Notes: generated by a model not told the origin, from the letters alone. A stretch of DNA of 63,468 nucleotides, filler included, from Phoronis australis (GCA_002633005.1; 7 parts of 7 records of this genome joined end to end with filler, not necessarily neighbours in it); one strand, 5' to 3'. Shown: positions 34,649-47,518, counted from the whole stretch's first letter. Made by a program: numbers and translations.

Positions 34649-36939
34649 TATGTGATTCCTGGTCATGGAACTACAAAAGTAGTGTATGACGGACAAGAAC
34701 GCGCTTGAAAAAGCTGTATACAATAAAATGTTTGCTCTTGGTGCTTTCATCGACATTGTTGGTGCCTTCATCTACATTAAACGTGATGCTATATATAATG
34801 CACTTGTTCAATTTAGGATTGACAAAGGGCTTATAAGGTGGATTATGTGCATGCTGCGCAGTCAGACTGTAACAGCTAAGCTTGAGGGAGCTAGTGTGAC
34901 TGTCCGTCTCACTGGAGGTACTCCACAAGGTGGTACCACTTCACCTGCTTTCTTCAATACGGTTATTGACTGCCTGTTGAGGCAACTGTTGGCTAACACT
35001 GGACAAGGTCTAGTTGAACAGGCCTATGCTGATGACATTGTCTTCTGTGTGTCAATTTGTTGATGCTTGCACATGCCGCAGCATTTTCCAGACGGCACTT
35101 AATATTGTTATTCGATGTACCGATACAGTTGGCTTGGAGATCAATAGCAATAAAACAAAAGTGGTGATGTTCACCTGGAAGCGGAAGTGGAATGTAAAAA
35201 TATTAAAGCTGTATAAATGGTACTGAACCGCCACTCCAAGAAAAAGTCACCTACCTAGGTGTTGCTCTCCATCATCGCCTTTCTTGGTCCCCTCATGTGG
35301 TTGACAAGATAAACAAGGCCAAGTCGGCCCTGGTAAGTTCCAGCCGAGTGATGGGTAAAACTTTGAGACTCTCCCCCAAGAATTCTCTTTGGGTCTACAT
35401 TGGTGTTATCAGACCGATGTTAGCCTACGTGGCATCAATATGGATAACATCTCTTGAACAGGGCAGTGTTAGAACTAAACTGACACAAATACAGCGTTTG
35501 AATTGCTTGTGTGTTACTCCTGCTTTTCCTGGAACTCTTGCGGCTGCTTATTGATTTGTCACCCTGCAAACTTACCTCAGCGGTGAAGCTGTGGTTGCAG
35601 CTTACCGTGTGAGGTGTAATGGGCAGTAGAGTCATTGTGCGAATGACTGATACTGTTGCTCACAAGAGTCATATTAATGTATGCAACAGGTTAATGTCAG
35701 AAACTTGAACACTTTTGGCACTGCCAAGTGATATTTTAGTGACGACCTTAAATCACTGGCAGAATTTCTATACAGAAATTGGAGATGGTCACGAAATCAT
35801 TGATTACAATGACCAACAATCCGTTTGTTACACTGATGGCTCTAAACTTGACAACGGACAGTCAGGGTCAGGAATATACTTTCCAGACCTTGTAGGCGGC
35901 GACAAAGAAAGCTGAATCTCACTGGGTAACACCGCCACAGTCTAGGCTGAAATTGTAGCCATTTACCAGGCTGCCCAACTGGCAAGGGAGCAGTCCTTGG
36001 TGACAAGGAACTCTTCATACTCTCAGACAGACAAGCAGCCGTTGTGTCCAGGCCTGTGTAAACTAGCTTAACCACCTATAGCTAGTAGAATTGTTCATGT
36101 GAACTGGGTTAAAGCCCATGTTGGCATTGATGGAAACGAAGCTGCTGACAAACTTGCAAAAGAAGGAGCAAGTGCACCCTGTTTTGTACCAGAACATTGT
36201 ATACCAGTTGCCTATAGGTTCTGCAGAGCAAATGTAAGACACTGGGTGCGCAAACTTTTCCTGGATGCATGGAGAAAGCTCTCCGCCTGCAGACTAACCA
36301 AAAGGTTAATAAAACTATTATGTTTAGATAGGCTTGCTATAAGGGAGCTGATCCAGGTTATTACTGGACACTGCAACCTAGCTCGGCACCGTAACATCAT
36401 AGGCCACATGGCATGTTCATTGTGTCCCAACTGTGGCTTGGAGGCCGAGACTCCTCAACATCTGGTGGAGATTTGCCCTGACTACAATAGACACCGTAAT
36501 CTACTACTTGATGGACACATAACCCGCTTGGTTAACATTGTTAGTTCATACGGGCTGTCTTTCTGAAACAAACAGGCAGATTGGAAGATTTTACCCATGA
36601 GGAGTCCAGTGATGTCGCGTCCCCATGGGTCATAATCAGGTGACTAGTGTAATGGGCCCGGCCGTGAGGTCTAAACACGCCTGATGTACCGCAAAAGGCA
36701 TCAGGCCACCTGCACTCTTTTTTGTTCATTATCACGACAACGGAAGCGTAAAGACAAATTAGTGAGTTTGCGATTTCCGTACTTGAGTGGCATGTTGCAG
36801 TCAATTAATAGTTACGACATGTTCAGGTTCATGACGCTATTGATGACTCCGTGCCCTGATTTTTTTCTCAAATGTGATTCATCATTTTGAATTCAGAGGA
36901 TGTCCAAGAAAACGTTTAGCCTTTAAACATAACAATAAA

Positions 36940-37130
36940 AGGCAGAATTATAAATTATTGGTACAAACTCTTATTTAAAGAAAATAGGTGTTAGTGAATA
37001 GTCTTTAAGCTCTTTCTGTGAGCAACATGAAGAAGCAATTCTACATCTGTATTGGGAATGTTCACTTGTTCAGAAGTTTTGGGGATGTTTGAAAACATGG
37101 ATGATAAATCAGTGCAATTTCCCTCTGCAG
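36940..37130 (+). mobile_element. L1/Tx1-type LINE 3' fragment (zf-RVT)
   Basis: IIGTNSYLKKIGV..SLSSFCEQHEEAILHLYWECSLVQKFW. Confidence 0.65.
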
Positions 37131-37383
37131 TGAAAAATTATTTACAATGATAAATTGGATCTTGAGAGATTCCAGGCAAGGTGGTCTTCTTTTTTGCCTA
37201 ACTAGCTTTCATAGGGTCCGATAATGTTCGTAATTTGTTTGATGTACACTTAACTAGATTTCATTTTGCTGTACAACTATGTACTGGTTGGTTGAATCAA
37301 TAAATGTTTCATCATGGAAAAAAAACAAAAAATAGAAATCGTACCCATGTGCATTATGTTAAACTGGATTCCCTATTTTTCAG

Positions 37384-37608
37384 CGGCTCGACTCCGAAAC
37401 ACAACTGGCGCACTAAAAAAGCCTGCTGTCCAATCGTCTGAATGGAGATCTGATCTTCCAGCGATTAAAGCCGTCGATGGAGTCTTAGACTCTGAGCCAA
37501 TTGGGTTCTGCTCTCACACCAACTTTGAACGCAATCCTTGGTGGCAGCTTGATTTAGAAGATGCGTATCATGTCGCATGCGTCACGATTACGAATCGCGT
37601 AACATTCT
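37384..37608 (+). CDS. F-type lectin (fucolectin/FTP) domain, first exon
   Basis: tttcag/GTAAGT; ALKKPAVQSSEW..AIKAVDG..FCSHTNFERNPWWQLDLEDAYHVACVTITNRVTF; phase 1 to 1. Confidence 0.9.
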
Positions 37609-37724
37609 GTAAGTATTTAACGTGTATGTCCATCTGTAATGTAAACATTCTGCCCACAACTGACATGTGAAGACAGGGGATTAAGTACATGATTTTCTCA
37701 AGAGTCAAGAATAACGGATAAAAC

Positions 37725-37869
37725 CAGGGGAGGATCCAGGATTTTGAGTTAGGGGGGCTAGGACAGAGTATTAGCCAGGATTTTGCCCGTCAGACATTCG
37801 CACAACCGAACTGCCAAATGGAAAGTATTAGGGGGCATCCCCCCTGGCCCCCCTCTAAATCCGCCACTG
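37725..37869. mobile_element. MITE (CAGGGG..GATCC ends) with 5-bp TSD
   Basis: CAGGGGAGGATCC...AAATCCGCCACTG; TSD AAAAC on both sides. Confidence 0.8.
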
Positions 37870-37939
37870 AAAACTTTGAAACTAATTCTGGAATAAAACT
37901 TTATACTACAGTTAGCGACGTTGAGTCCGTCTCTCACGG

Positions 37940-40900
37940 ACTTCAGATTAGCTTGTGATAGGTGGCGTTTTAACCAGACGGCGCGGTATTGAGGTCAGAA
38001 CACTATCCCATATGTGTGACAGATGAAACATGAATCCCCTCGTTTATTCAAAGAGGGGCTCTCGATGCGTTCATGGAGACCTTCCTTACTGATGATGTCA
38101 CGCGATTCGGTATTGCAATGTGGCTACGATGGTCAAGCTCCGAACAAGAAGACGTCCTTCATCTGTGCTAAAGCAAGAGTCACCCCTATAAAGCAAGCGA
38201 GCATCCCGAGAAAGGAACTACAGGGTGAGGCCATTCCCTTGTTGTCACGTTTGATGTCGGCAGTTGAGAATGCACTTTGTCTAGACATCGCTCACGAGAG
38301 AACATGGACAGTATGACAACATTTTGCTGGTCGAGGCGTCGTATAAGTTAGGTGTTATCTACCGTGTAAAAGAAGTTACTATAAACTTCCTTTCTAACAT
38401 CGGCGTTTGATATGTTTCGTCCAAATTGTCTCTCGTGGAGGCACAGTTGCCGCGATGCAGAAAATCATTATGGACCCGAACTTTTTAAGCAGACTACTGG
38501 CAAGTCACACAGAACGTACCCGACAGAGAACAGAAAAGGTTTCGTGTCAGAAACGTTCATTGGTACTCTGTAAAGTTGACAGATTCAGTATTGTCGATCC
38601 GTAGAAATTTTTCAGCTGGTCTAAATTAGTCATAGTTACTGCCACAATTTTGTCACTGAAAGACATACCAAAGAGCCAGTGGATCAAAGTTCTGACGTCT
38701 GAGTGGCCTTTCAGAGAAAGTATCAAAGAAACAGAGCTATATTGGATTTGTTGCGCTCAAAAGGACCTACATTTTGAAAACGTCCGCATAAGAAAACTTG
38801 TTCATTCTTTGACGAAAATGAAAGTTTCTACAGAATTAGAGGTCGTATTAGTAAACCACATGTTTCGTATGACATTCAACACCCTTATCTATTGCCAAAA
38901 GGTAGCTACATAAGTTGGCTGATAGTCCGTGAGAAACATTGTTTGGCGCTTCGAGGTGCTTTTGAAGTCAGGGTTGAAAGGAGTTAGTCATGAGTGCACA
39001 GTGTGGCTACGATTTTGAGGAAATCCACTGCAACAACGCATGTCAGATTTCCACATTTTCGTGTAACTCCCCGTATTCCTCTATTAAGGATTACCTTAGA
39101 CCGTTCAACGATAATCCCACTAGGAATTTTTTCCAAGCGTTATTAATAGCCCTTTTCACACGAGCTGTTACAAGAGCTATCAACCTAATAGTCTCGACGC
39201 ATTTCTGGAAAATGTGTATGCTAGATCCATTCTTAGTATAAATGAAAATCCTATTTTTATAGCATAATTATGTTGTGTTGATTTTGATTATGCCTGTTCC
39301 CAAGCTGGAATTTGAGTGTGTGACCTACTAATTTGCATAAACAAAATCGCCGCCAAACCAACAAGATAAGAAATATTCTTCGGACCAGGAGTACAATATA
39401 TCATGGGGAATTAGGAAATTATTGCTACAAAACCATAGTATAAGTGTGTTTAGATCACTTAATTTTGAGAACATATTAATGAAAGCCATTAAATTCCTTA
39501 ATAATGCTAATAAGCTTCAGCCATTGCCGAAAAATCAATTTGCAGGCAAACATGACAAATAAGGTGTCTATACCTATGTTTTGAAGGTCCAGAAAGTCAT
39601 GTGAAGCTTTTTATTTCATCTTCACTAAGTTACAAATGCTCATTAATAAAACCTGAAAATTAAATTAGAAATCAGAATTATCGATGCTTTTTGATAAGAC
39701 ATAAAAATATTGTAAACATAACAACATGACATTTAAATACTGTTGTAAAGAGATGCATGGCTATATCGTCCCATTTTGGACAGGAACATACCGTCCTCAC
39801 AGTGGACAAAGCACTCTGCTGCAGAATAATGGAGCTTACGTGGTCGGTCCCAGGAAACCAAAATATGTTAATACCTCGCTTAGGGGGTCTTCACGTATCG
39901 ATGAACTTCATCAAAGCCATAGGAAATCACATGAGTGGTTCCGGAAAAAATGAGGTGTGGATCCAGAGGGTAGTACTTGGTCAAAGCACTGTGGAACTGG
40001 TCCTCAGTGGAAAGTCGTGGAGCAAAGGGCACACAATTTGTCTTTGCAACCACTTTGGCATCTCCTGGTGCCAAGCCTTCTCTCGTTTCTTGCAGAAACA
40101 GACGAGGACTGTCATGCTTGTATTGCTAGTGTGTCTGAAGATGATGATCCACAGAAAATTCTGGAGTTGATAACATTTCTCAATCAGGATAAGTTCATGA
40201 AACTCCTTGGCATTTTGTCAACAGTAGGTCTGATGATGTGAATTTCAGAACGTGGTGGAGTTACATGGACATGGTTGCAACATTGTTACAGTACATTCAG
40301 TACTCTCGCACTCAACAGGACCTGCATTTCTTTTTATTTAGTCTCATGCTGCCCTACTTTAAGAGGTGTGACCACCTGAATTTCGCCAAAAGGGGTCCGG
40401 TCTATTTAGCCAAGATGCATCAGCTTCAACAATCTGTTTGGTTAGTTTCAAGCAGGAAATTTTGTAGTCAAGCGATCTGCTCAGAGGTTCTGTGAGGTGG
40501 ATGTTGACCAAGCGATAGGTAAATGGGACAGGCAAGAAGGTGGTGGCATCATCGGCATTACCAAAACAGCGTCAGCTCTATGCATTTGGACACTCTCCTT
40601 TAATCTGAGGTCTCATATAGCTGAAACAAACTTGCCGGATTTTTGTTCTGTGCTGTGGTTGTCAATGGTTTCACAACGAAGCCCCGAAGGCGAGGCAACT
40701 GAGCGACAATAATGTCAAGAATTTCCTTCTTTCTACTTTCCATGGATGTGAGGTCTTCTAGTCCGCAACGCCTGAGCTGCTGCAAAGCCTTGCAACAAAT
40801 GACCTAGCAACAGCACCAATCCAAAAGTCACTTCTGCATGCCAAGGAACTTGGACATGGACAAATTAAGACCGATTTGTCATCACTGAGCAATGCGATAA

Positions 40901-42935
40901 TTCAGACGTGTCAATTTATGAGCCACTAGTAGCTTTTGGGAAGCCTGATGGTGCTGTGACCTTCATTCATGAAAACAGTGCTAAACACAGGATCTTGATA
41001 CCATAAAATTGATATTGTATTTCACATATACAGAGAAGAAACAATCAAGGGCACAAGAAAACAGCGCAGTCAAGGAACACGGCAAATCAGGCGATTTGTG
41101 GAAGGCCGTGATTTGCCTCTTCCTCAAAACTGGTCAAATTTTCTGGCATTGGTTGAGAACAAACCAGACCTAGCACATTTCTTGTCAGAGGAATTAAATT
41201 TGTAGACGCCTGAAGATAAAGAGGTTATGGTTGCTGGAGGGTTCAAAGATGAGCTGAACGTCAAGTTATCTAAAGATACGACTGATTTGAGGCCTCTAAA
41301 ATCCACATAGGAAGAAGCAGATGCAAGATTGGTAATACATGCTGTCCACAGTCAGTCGTGTTTTCCAGGTTCACTGATGTTCTACTTTTTCAGATGTCGC
41401 ACTTTCAACGAATGCAATGTGAGCATATTTGAGTGATATCGGGAGCATCAAAGAAACGTCGATGTATACCTATTGAAACAGTTTTCAACAAACTACTAAG
41501 AGACGCAGCAACATCCTTGTGTGCTTAAGTCATGCAGTGACCGGGTGCGGCACCAACTCGCACTTTGCCAATCACACGAAACGATCATCATGGGAGATGA
41601 TCTTAGAGCATCAAAGATTGTTTAGGAACCGCTGCATTGGTGAACTCACTGAGTAAACTATGACGTCTTCACAAAAAAATTGTCAGCATAATGTACAACA
41701 CGACCAAAACACATCTGTAGATGTAGCACGCCATTTACTTTTCTCCAAGCCGGTGAAGCCAGAAGCCCTCCCCCAACGCATATATATTCCGTTTCCATCT
41801 GATGAGAGTGCACTATCAGGTCAAGGTATGGCGAAACGCTCATTGTTCCACACCTGAGCTACCAGCCCCCTCCGATATTGGATGGACAAACACGGACTCT
41901 TGATTGCAGCCCATACTGATGACACAGAGTCCTATTTCAGACACCCGCCTAAAGATGGTATCGTGTGCACGCAAGAAAGAATCCAAAAGTAGACTCTGCA
42001 AAATACAGGAAATCTGGATTTCGATGCACATCGTTATGCAGCACATTCACGATCAGATTCCTTGTAGGAATACAGTTTGATTTGCCTGGCTTCAGGCATA
42101 CTAAAAAGTAACAAAAAGTGAATGCTAAAACAGTGTTCAGCTGGCCTGCAAACAATTCATGCAACTGAGAATCTAATGTCTTCAATAACACTATTTTGAT
42201 TTTTTATGAATGGAAGATTACAGGATAGTGTGAACATTTGTCCTGGTATTTTGCCAAAATGGTTGACACCTTGCTAAACAACTATTGCAGACGAACGACT
42301 ATACTTTCCACATTCTGCAAGTATACATCTACATGTATAACCCAGTAAATATGAAAAATTTGGTTCAAAAATGTCTTTAACATGGGTTTGACCATGAAAA
42401 CAGAAGTATGAACACTTCATTTTCCAAGTTAGCCTACAGGAGCACAAACTTAGGACGGAAACTGCATTGCATGGTAATGGCGACAATTAATTTGCATAAT
42501 TAGTTTTTAGAGTTGCAATTTTTTACTTTTCATAAGTGATGTATTGCTCAAGAAGTATTTATAAGAAGTGTACAGGTGAGATATTTCACCATTTTAAATG
42601 GTATATTTTGATTTTTATTACAAGGATGCGTCTGAACTTGACAATTTGGCCGCCATTTTGTTTAAGCTAATTACATGGACAAAAATGTAACTTTCGGCTT
42701 GGGAACAGGGCTAGTTGAATTTGCCATAGCTTGATTGTGTGAAATAGTCTCGTTCTAAACTTTTACTAAAAAATGCTTCTAGAATCTTATACAGGGCTCT
42801 TTTCTGGAAATGCGTCTAGACTATAACATGCGCAAAAGAATAGAGCACGTCCGTTTTCCAGCAAGCTTTCCAACGTTTTGTAAGCATCAGAGGTGCGCCG
42901 GCTGTTTTGATCAGCGATAACGTACAGGGTAGCGG
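37940..42935 (+). mobile_element. Decayed BEL/Pao pol (RNase H, integrase), split by Academ
   Basis: FICAKARVTPIKQASIPRKELQG; FSWSKLVIVTA; ALFTRAVTRAINL | after insert QAFQRFVSIRGAPAVLISDN. Confidence 0.8.
39189..42823 (+). mobile_element. Academ DNA transposon, decayed transposase
   Basis: TIRs TAGTCTCGACGCATTTC / GAAATGCGTCTAGACTA, TSD TAA; TVDKAL, LIPRLGGLHVSMNFIKAIG, VLSGK, GGGIIGITKT, PQNWSNFL..ENK, EEADAR, HAVTGC motifs. Confidence 0.88.
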
Positions 42936-43079
42936 AAAGTTTTAGAGCTACTTATTGTGAGTTAACGTACATGTACCTATACCAGTTATTACTATCTTTA
43001 AGGAGACTCAGATGTTTGCATGTGAAGGCCGTCGATCACGGTCTTTAAATCCAACCAACTCAGCAAATACTCAGGGCAT

Positions 43080-43267
43080 CGCTATTTTTATTGCTTCCTT
43101 TCGACTCCGGTGGTTATTCAAACTCCGGCGCTTATTTAAGACCCGGTGCTTAATATATTAGGCCCGGCGCTAATTGTACATTGAACAGTTTTAACTGTTA
43201 AAACTCCCGGCGCTAAATTCAGACCGGCGCTTATACAACTCCCGGGGCTTAATCGAGCCAGTACGGT
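43080..43267. mobile_element. Tc1/pogo-type MITE remnant
   Basis: Repeated CCGGCGCTTA units ending ...TAATCGAGCCAGTACGGTA. Confidence 0.5.
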
Positions 43268-43430
43268 AGGTGCTTGCTACCAACAAATGAACATCAGCAA
43301 TTTCTTTTTTTAATTTGTAATTTTTAACAACTGCGGTTGTTGTCAATTCTTCGTATGCACTCGGTCAGTCGAGAGTTTTCAATTCGTGCCCTTATTGATT
43401 ATTGATTATTGATTTGTTTATCCATTTCAG

Positions 43431-43651
43431 CTGATAGGTTACATGACTTTTCTATGAGGGTTTCCAACTCGTCATCCATTGCCAGCGGTGAGCAATGTGC
43501 CTTTCACGAGGGTACCTTTTCAGAACTTACCAAAGCGTTTCCCTGTGATGCACTCGTATACGGAAGATACCTAACGGTACAGATTCACTCCACTAGGGGA
43601 GATGAAACTTTAGCATTGTGTGAGGTTACCGTGACGACGGTTTTGCCTTAA
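43431..43651 (+). CDS. F-type lectin domain, terminal exon
   Basis: tttcag acceptor, phase 1; (S)DRLHDFSMRVSN..CAFHEG..FPCDALVYGRYLTVQI..LALCEVTVTTVLP-TAA. Confidence 0.9.
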
Positions 43652-43891
43652 ATTCTTAGCCACGTGAAGGTAACCGGTTTTAAGTATTTTTGTTTCAAAG
43701 GACACCAGACTGACAAAGACGCAACAAAATCAAACAATTGAAAACGAGAGCAATGACTCTGTTTCGCTCTGGCGTTCTGGGCTCTTGGTTAAACGTATCT
43801 ATCCTTAAACTTTCTCAGAATCGCACTAGTGCTGTGTCCTAACAACTTTGTTTTGAAAACTAGAGATACTAGATATAGAATATGCAAATCT

Positions 43892-44701
43892 TAAGATTAT
43901 ATACAGATTTACCTAAAATTACGTGGTCTAACCAGGGATATGTATCATGAAAAGTGACGTAAGATTATATACAGATTTACCTAAAATTACGTGGTCTAAC
44001 CAGGGATATGTATAATGAAAAGTGACGTAAGATTATATACAGATTTACCTAAAATTACGCGGTCTAACCAGGGATATGTATCATGAAAAGTGACGTAAGA
44101 TTGTATACAGATTTACCTAAAATTACGTGGTCTACGCAGGGAAATGTATCATGAAAAGTGACGTAAGATTATATACAGATTTACCTAAAATTACGTGGTC
44201 TAACCAGGGATATGTATAATGAAAAGTGACGTAAGATTATATACAGATTTACCTAAAATTACCAGGGATATGTATCATGAAAAGTGACGTGGTCTAACCA
44301 GGGATATGTATCATGCAAAGTGACGTAAGATTACATACAGATTTACCTAAAATTACGTGGTCTAACCAGGGATATGTATCATGAAAAATGACGTAAGATT
44401 ATATACAGATTTACCTAAAATTACGTGGTCTAACCAGGGATGTGTATCATGAAAAGTGACGTAAGATTATATACAGATTTACCTAAGTGACGTAAGATTA
44501 TATACAGATTTACCTAAAATTACGTTGTCTAACCAGGGATATGTATCATGAAAAGTGACGTAAGATTATATACAGATTTACCTAAAATTACGTGGTCTAA
44601 CCACGGATATGTATCATGAAAAGTGACGTAAGATTATATACAGATTTACCTAAAATTACGTGGTCTAACCAGGGATATGTATCCTGAAAAGTGACGTAAG
44701 A
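43892..44701. repeat. 68-bp minisatellite, ~12 units
   Basis: TAAGATTATATACAGATTTACCTAAAATTACGTGGTCTAACCAGGGATATGTATCATGAAAAGTGACG, with two internally deleted units. Confidence 0.97.
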
Positions 44702-44959
44702 CTTAAAAATCACTAAACATTTTTGTCTTATGCTCCACGCAACCATTTCATAAAACTAAACAAGCCTCACCAAGTCACTGAGTATACACACATCATTGCT
44801 TACTTACTGAGATAGTTTCTAACAGTTGTTTTCAGGTTGTTATGTTGAAATCTTTAATGCATCAGTTGTCAAGTGGAAGCGTAATACTGAATTTCCGCCA
44901 AAGTCTCTTTCGTGGAACAGACAGTAGTGCTTGGAAACTGAAGGAGAAGTTAAATTTAC

Positions 44960-45090
44960 ATAGAGAATTGAAAAAATTTATAATTTGTCGAAAATGTGAG
45001 ATCTCTGTAATTGAGGACGAGTTTCTGTTATTACGAAACCTACTTTGTGTGAGGATTGATAACATACTTTTATTCCTATATACACTGTAG
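44960..45090 (+). mobile_element. CR1/L2-group LINE 3' fragment
   Basis: ICRKCEISVIEDEFLLL zinc-knuckle remnant. Confidence 0.5.
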
Positions 45091-45437
45091 GTTTCAAAAT
45101 TGCTCGTATTTTTCATTCGTTAAAGTAGTGTGAGATATCTCGTAAATGTTGAAATATGCTTCGCGGGCAAGATTGACAGTGGTATTATTTGGACTTTGAC
45201 ATTTTCATTGCTTATTGTACAGTAATTTTAAGCGCCATGTTGTATACTTTGTTACAGATTTGTTCTTTTGTGCAAGTTGGGTATTTAATTATGGCATACG
45301 ATTTTTTCTCTAGCGAATCACTGCTTTGAGATTATCTCCTCTCTCGGTTTGTTGTCACCAGCCACTAACTCTTTAGCAGGCTTTTAGACTTTTTGCCTGC
45401 AAGTTTGATGCGAGTTGCAGTTTCCACTCTACCCTAA

Positions 45438-45511
45438 GACCAATACATGGTCCTAGACCAATACATGGTCCTAGACCAATACATGGTCCTAGACCAATAC
45501 ATGGTCCTAGA
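45438..45511. repeat. 18-bp minisatellite
   Basis: (AGACCAATACATGGTCCT) x 4. Confidence 0.95.
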
Positions 45512-45770
45512 TTCTCACAAAGGTTTAGCTAAGGGCAGACTTTCACAGTGGCGTCAAATCTCTATTTAATAATGTCACAAGAATCATAAAGGGTTCGTTC
45601 TGAAGGTATTCACCTATTTCACGAAAGCGCCATCTTCCCGCGCCATCTTTAAATACTGATCGAAAACGAGGCACACTGATAAAACCTCGTGAGTGATCAT
45701 CAGTTGGCCATGGTGTACTGTGCAGTGCCTGAACGTACCAATTCCAGTAATATCTCGTCGGTATCCTTCC

Positions 45771-47518
45771 CAGGGATATACTTAGCCACTCGCCCAGTCG
45801 CCAATGCGAGTAAAAATGGTGCTGGGCGAGTATAAGTTGACTTGCCGGTCGCCCGCTGGCGAGCGAATTTCAGACCGCAAAAGCACTATATCGTTTCCCA
45901 GATGAATATGAACAATTTTCCTCCTCCTTGTGCTGTTTTTGTCATGAATTTAAGGTTCAGTTTGGTCATCGTGTCGATGCTCCGGCAGTAAAAAACATCG
46001 GCGCAGTGCGACCCTACCGATTCAGTACATGTCACCCGTTACGCGATTCGTCAAAAACAGTGTGTGGTCGTGCACAAAGAATTTGTGGACTAGTCCGAAA
46101 CGAAGAAAAGGGGAGAAAGGTGGAAGACCGGTCCATGTGCTCATAGCAAATAAAATACCATATTTCTTGGAACTGATTTCTTATTGTAATGTACAATGTC
46201 ATTTTAGCCAAAATTATTTTTATAAACATTCGTCCTAACAAGCGCCCATGCCCCTATAAGCGTCCCCATTCGTTTTCAGACTTCGCTAAAATAAGCGCCC
46301 AGTCCATGAATGTGAATATATCAGTGCAAAAAATGTCTTACCTCACAGTTCTAAAATTCTACAGTAAATGTATTCAATTTATCAATAATATCCGATAGTT
46401 CTGAAAAATCATTGTGCACGTAATTTCTAGTAGACCACGAGCCTCGCCGCTATGTCGGTATTTAGCCGTGGCTGTACACTTCAAACCATTCCGCAGTGCT
46501 TTAAAAAGAACGCAAAAGATTTGCTGATCTTGCGAGGAAAGTGTCACACTACGTGGTCTGGCCCTGATCAGAACAGACGCAGCGTACTCAGGTCAACGGG
46601 ATTGGTATTGTATCTTTCCCGTACAGATCTTCTCCCACAACAGGAATCCAGATTGTTTTGTACACGAAAAATTATAAAAATTGCGAATCGAAACTTGGCC
46701 AAGAAGCGCGCGCTAGGGCCCACATATAACATGTGGGCCTGCTCAATGAGATAAATATACTGCATTATACAGCTCATTGGGCCTGCTACTCTGGCAAATG
46801 AACACTGATGACACGCACGCGCTCGTTCATTCGGTGCACACCAGCTGATTCACTTCAATACAAACGTCACGTGAAACAACATATTTGTTCGTCCAGATTT
46901 TTCTCGTTGCGGGGTGCGATCTAGCGCAGATTTTGACTTAATCTGCGGTTAATCCCGACTCCGAGTCCACAGGAACTTAAGAATCTTAGGAAAGGCTATT
47001 TGGGAGGATTTCATGTAATTTGAGTCGAAACTATTTTTACTCAAGAATTCAAGTTGTCCTATCGACGATCGCGAAGCAGCGACGCATCAGTCGGCAAGTT
47101 TTCGCCCTGGGATTTCAGCACATTTTTTTAAAAAGATCGTAATTTAACAACAGAGTTTGATAGCAATGCACCACAGTTTTGTAGCTAGTCTGTCATAGGT
47201 TACACATACGTCACAGCGCGTAAATTTGATGAATCCTAGCTTCCGATTTCACCCGTTTCGGAGACCAGGTTTTAACTGCCGTAGGCTACAAAAAGAGTCC
47301 CCCTGGGCGCTTATTAGAGCGAATACGGTAGCCCTAATAAATGGTGACATCAGTGCACCAAACGATGATTTTTATTTAAATTAGCAGCAAGTTTGTGGTG
47401 ACTGGCGCCAACGGCCGGGTGACCGAACTTCGGGCTTGGCGAGTAGATTTTCTGGCTCCGGCACTCGCCCAGCTGGCGAGCAGGGTTTTTCAAGACTAAA
47501 AGCCTGGGTATATCCCTG
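45771..47518. mobile_element. hAT-like non-autonomous element inserted in the THAP frame
   Basis: TIRs CAGGGATATAC / GTATATCCCTG; 6-bp TSD CCTTCC/ACTTCC; CTCGCCC/GGCGAG subterminal repeats. Confidence 0.8.
46228..47330. mobile_element. Tc1/pogo-type non-autonomous element nested in the hAT-like element
   Basis: ATTCGTCCTAACAAGCGCCC / GGGCGCTTATTAGAGCGAATACGGTA inverted ends. Confidence 0.65.

Larger units (their letters stand above)
32780..36725 (+). mobile_element. Decayed LOA-like (I-group) non-LTR retrotransposon: APE end, RT, RNase H, C-terminal CCHC
   Basis: LDLTLI..NWRVEPVSSLSDHRYIRF; AFIDIVGAF, GTPQGGTTSP, QAYADDI; CYTDGSK, WVKAHVGIDGNEAADKLAKEG; ITGHCNLARH..CPNCGLEAETPQHLVEICP; 3' stem-loop GCCTGATG..CATCAGGC. 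Confidence 0.88.
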
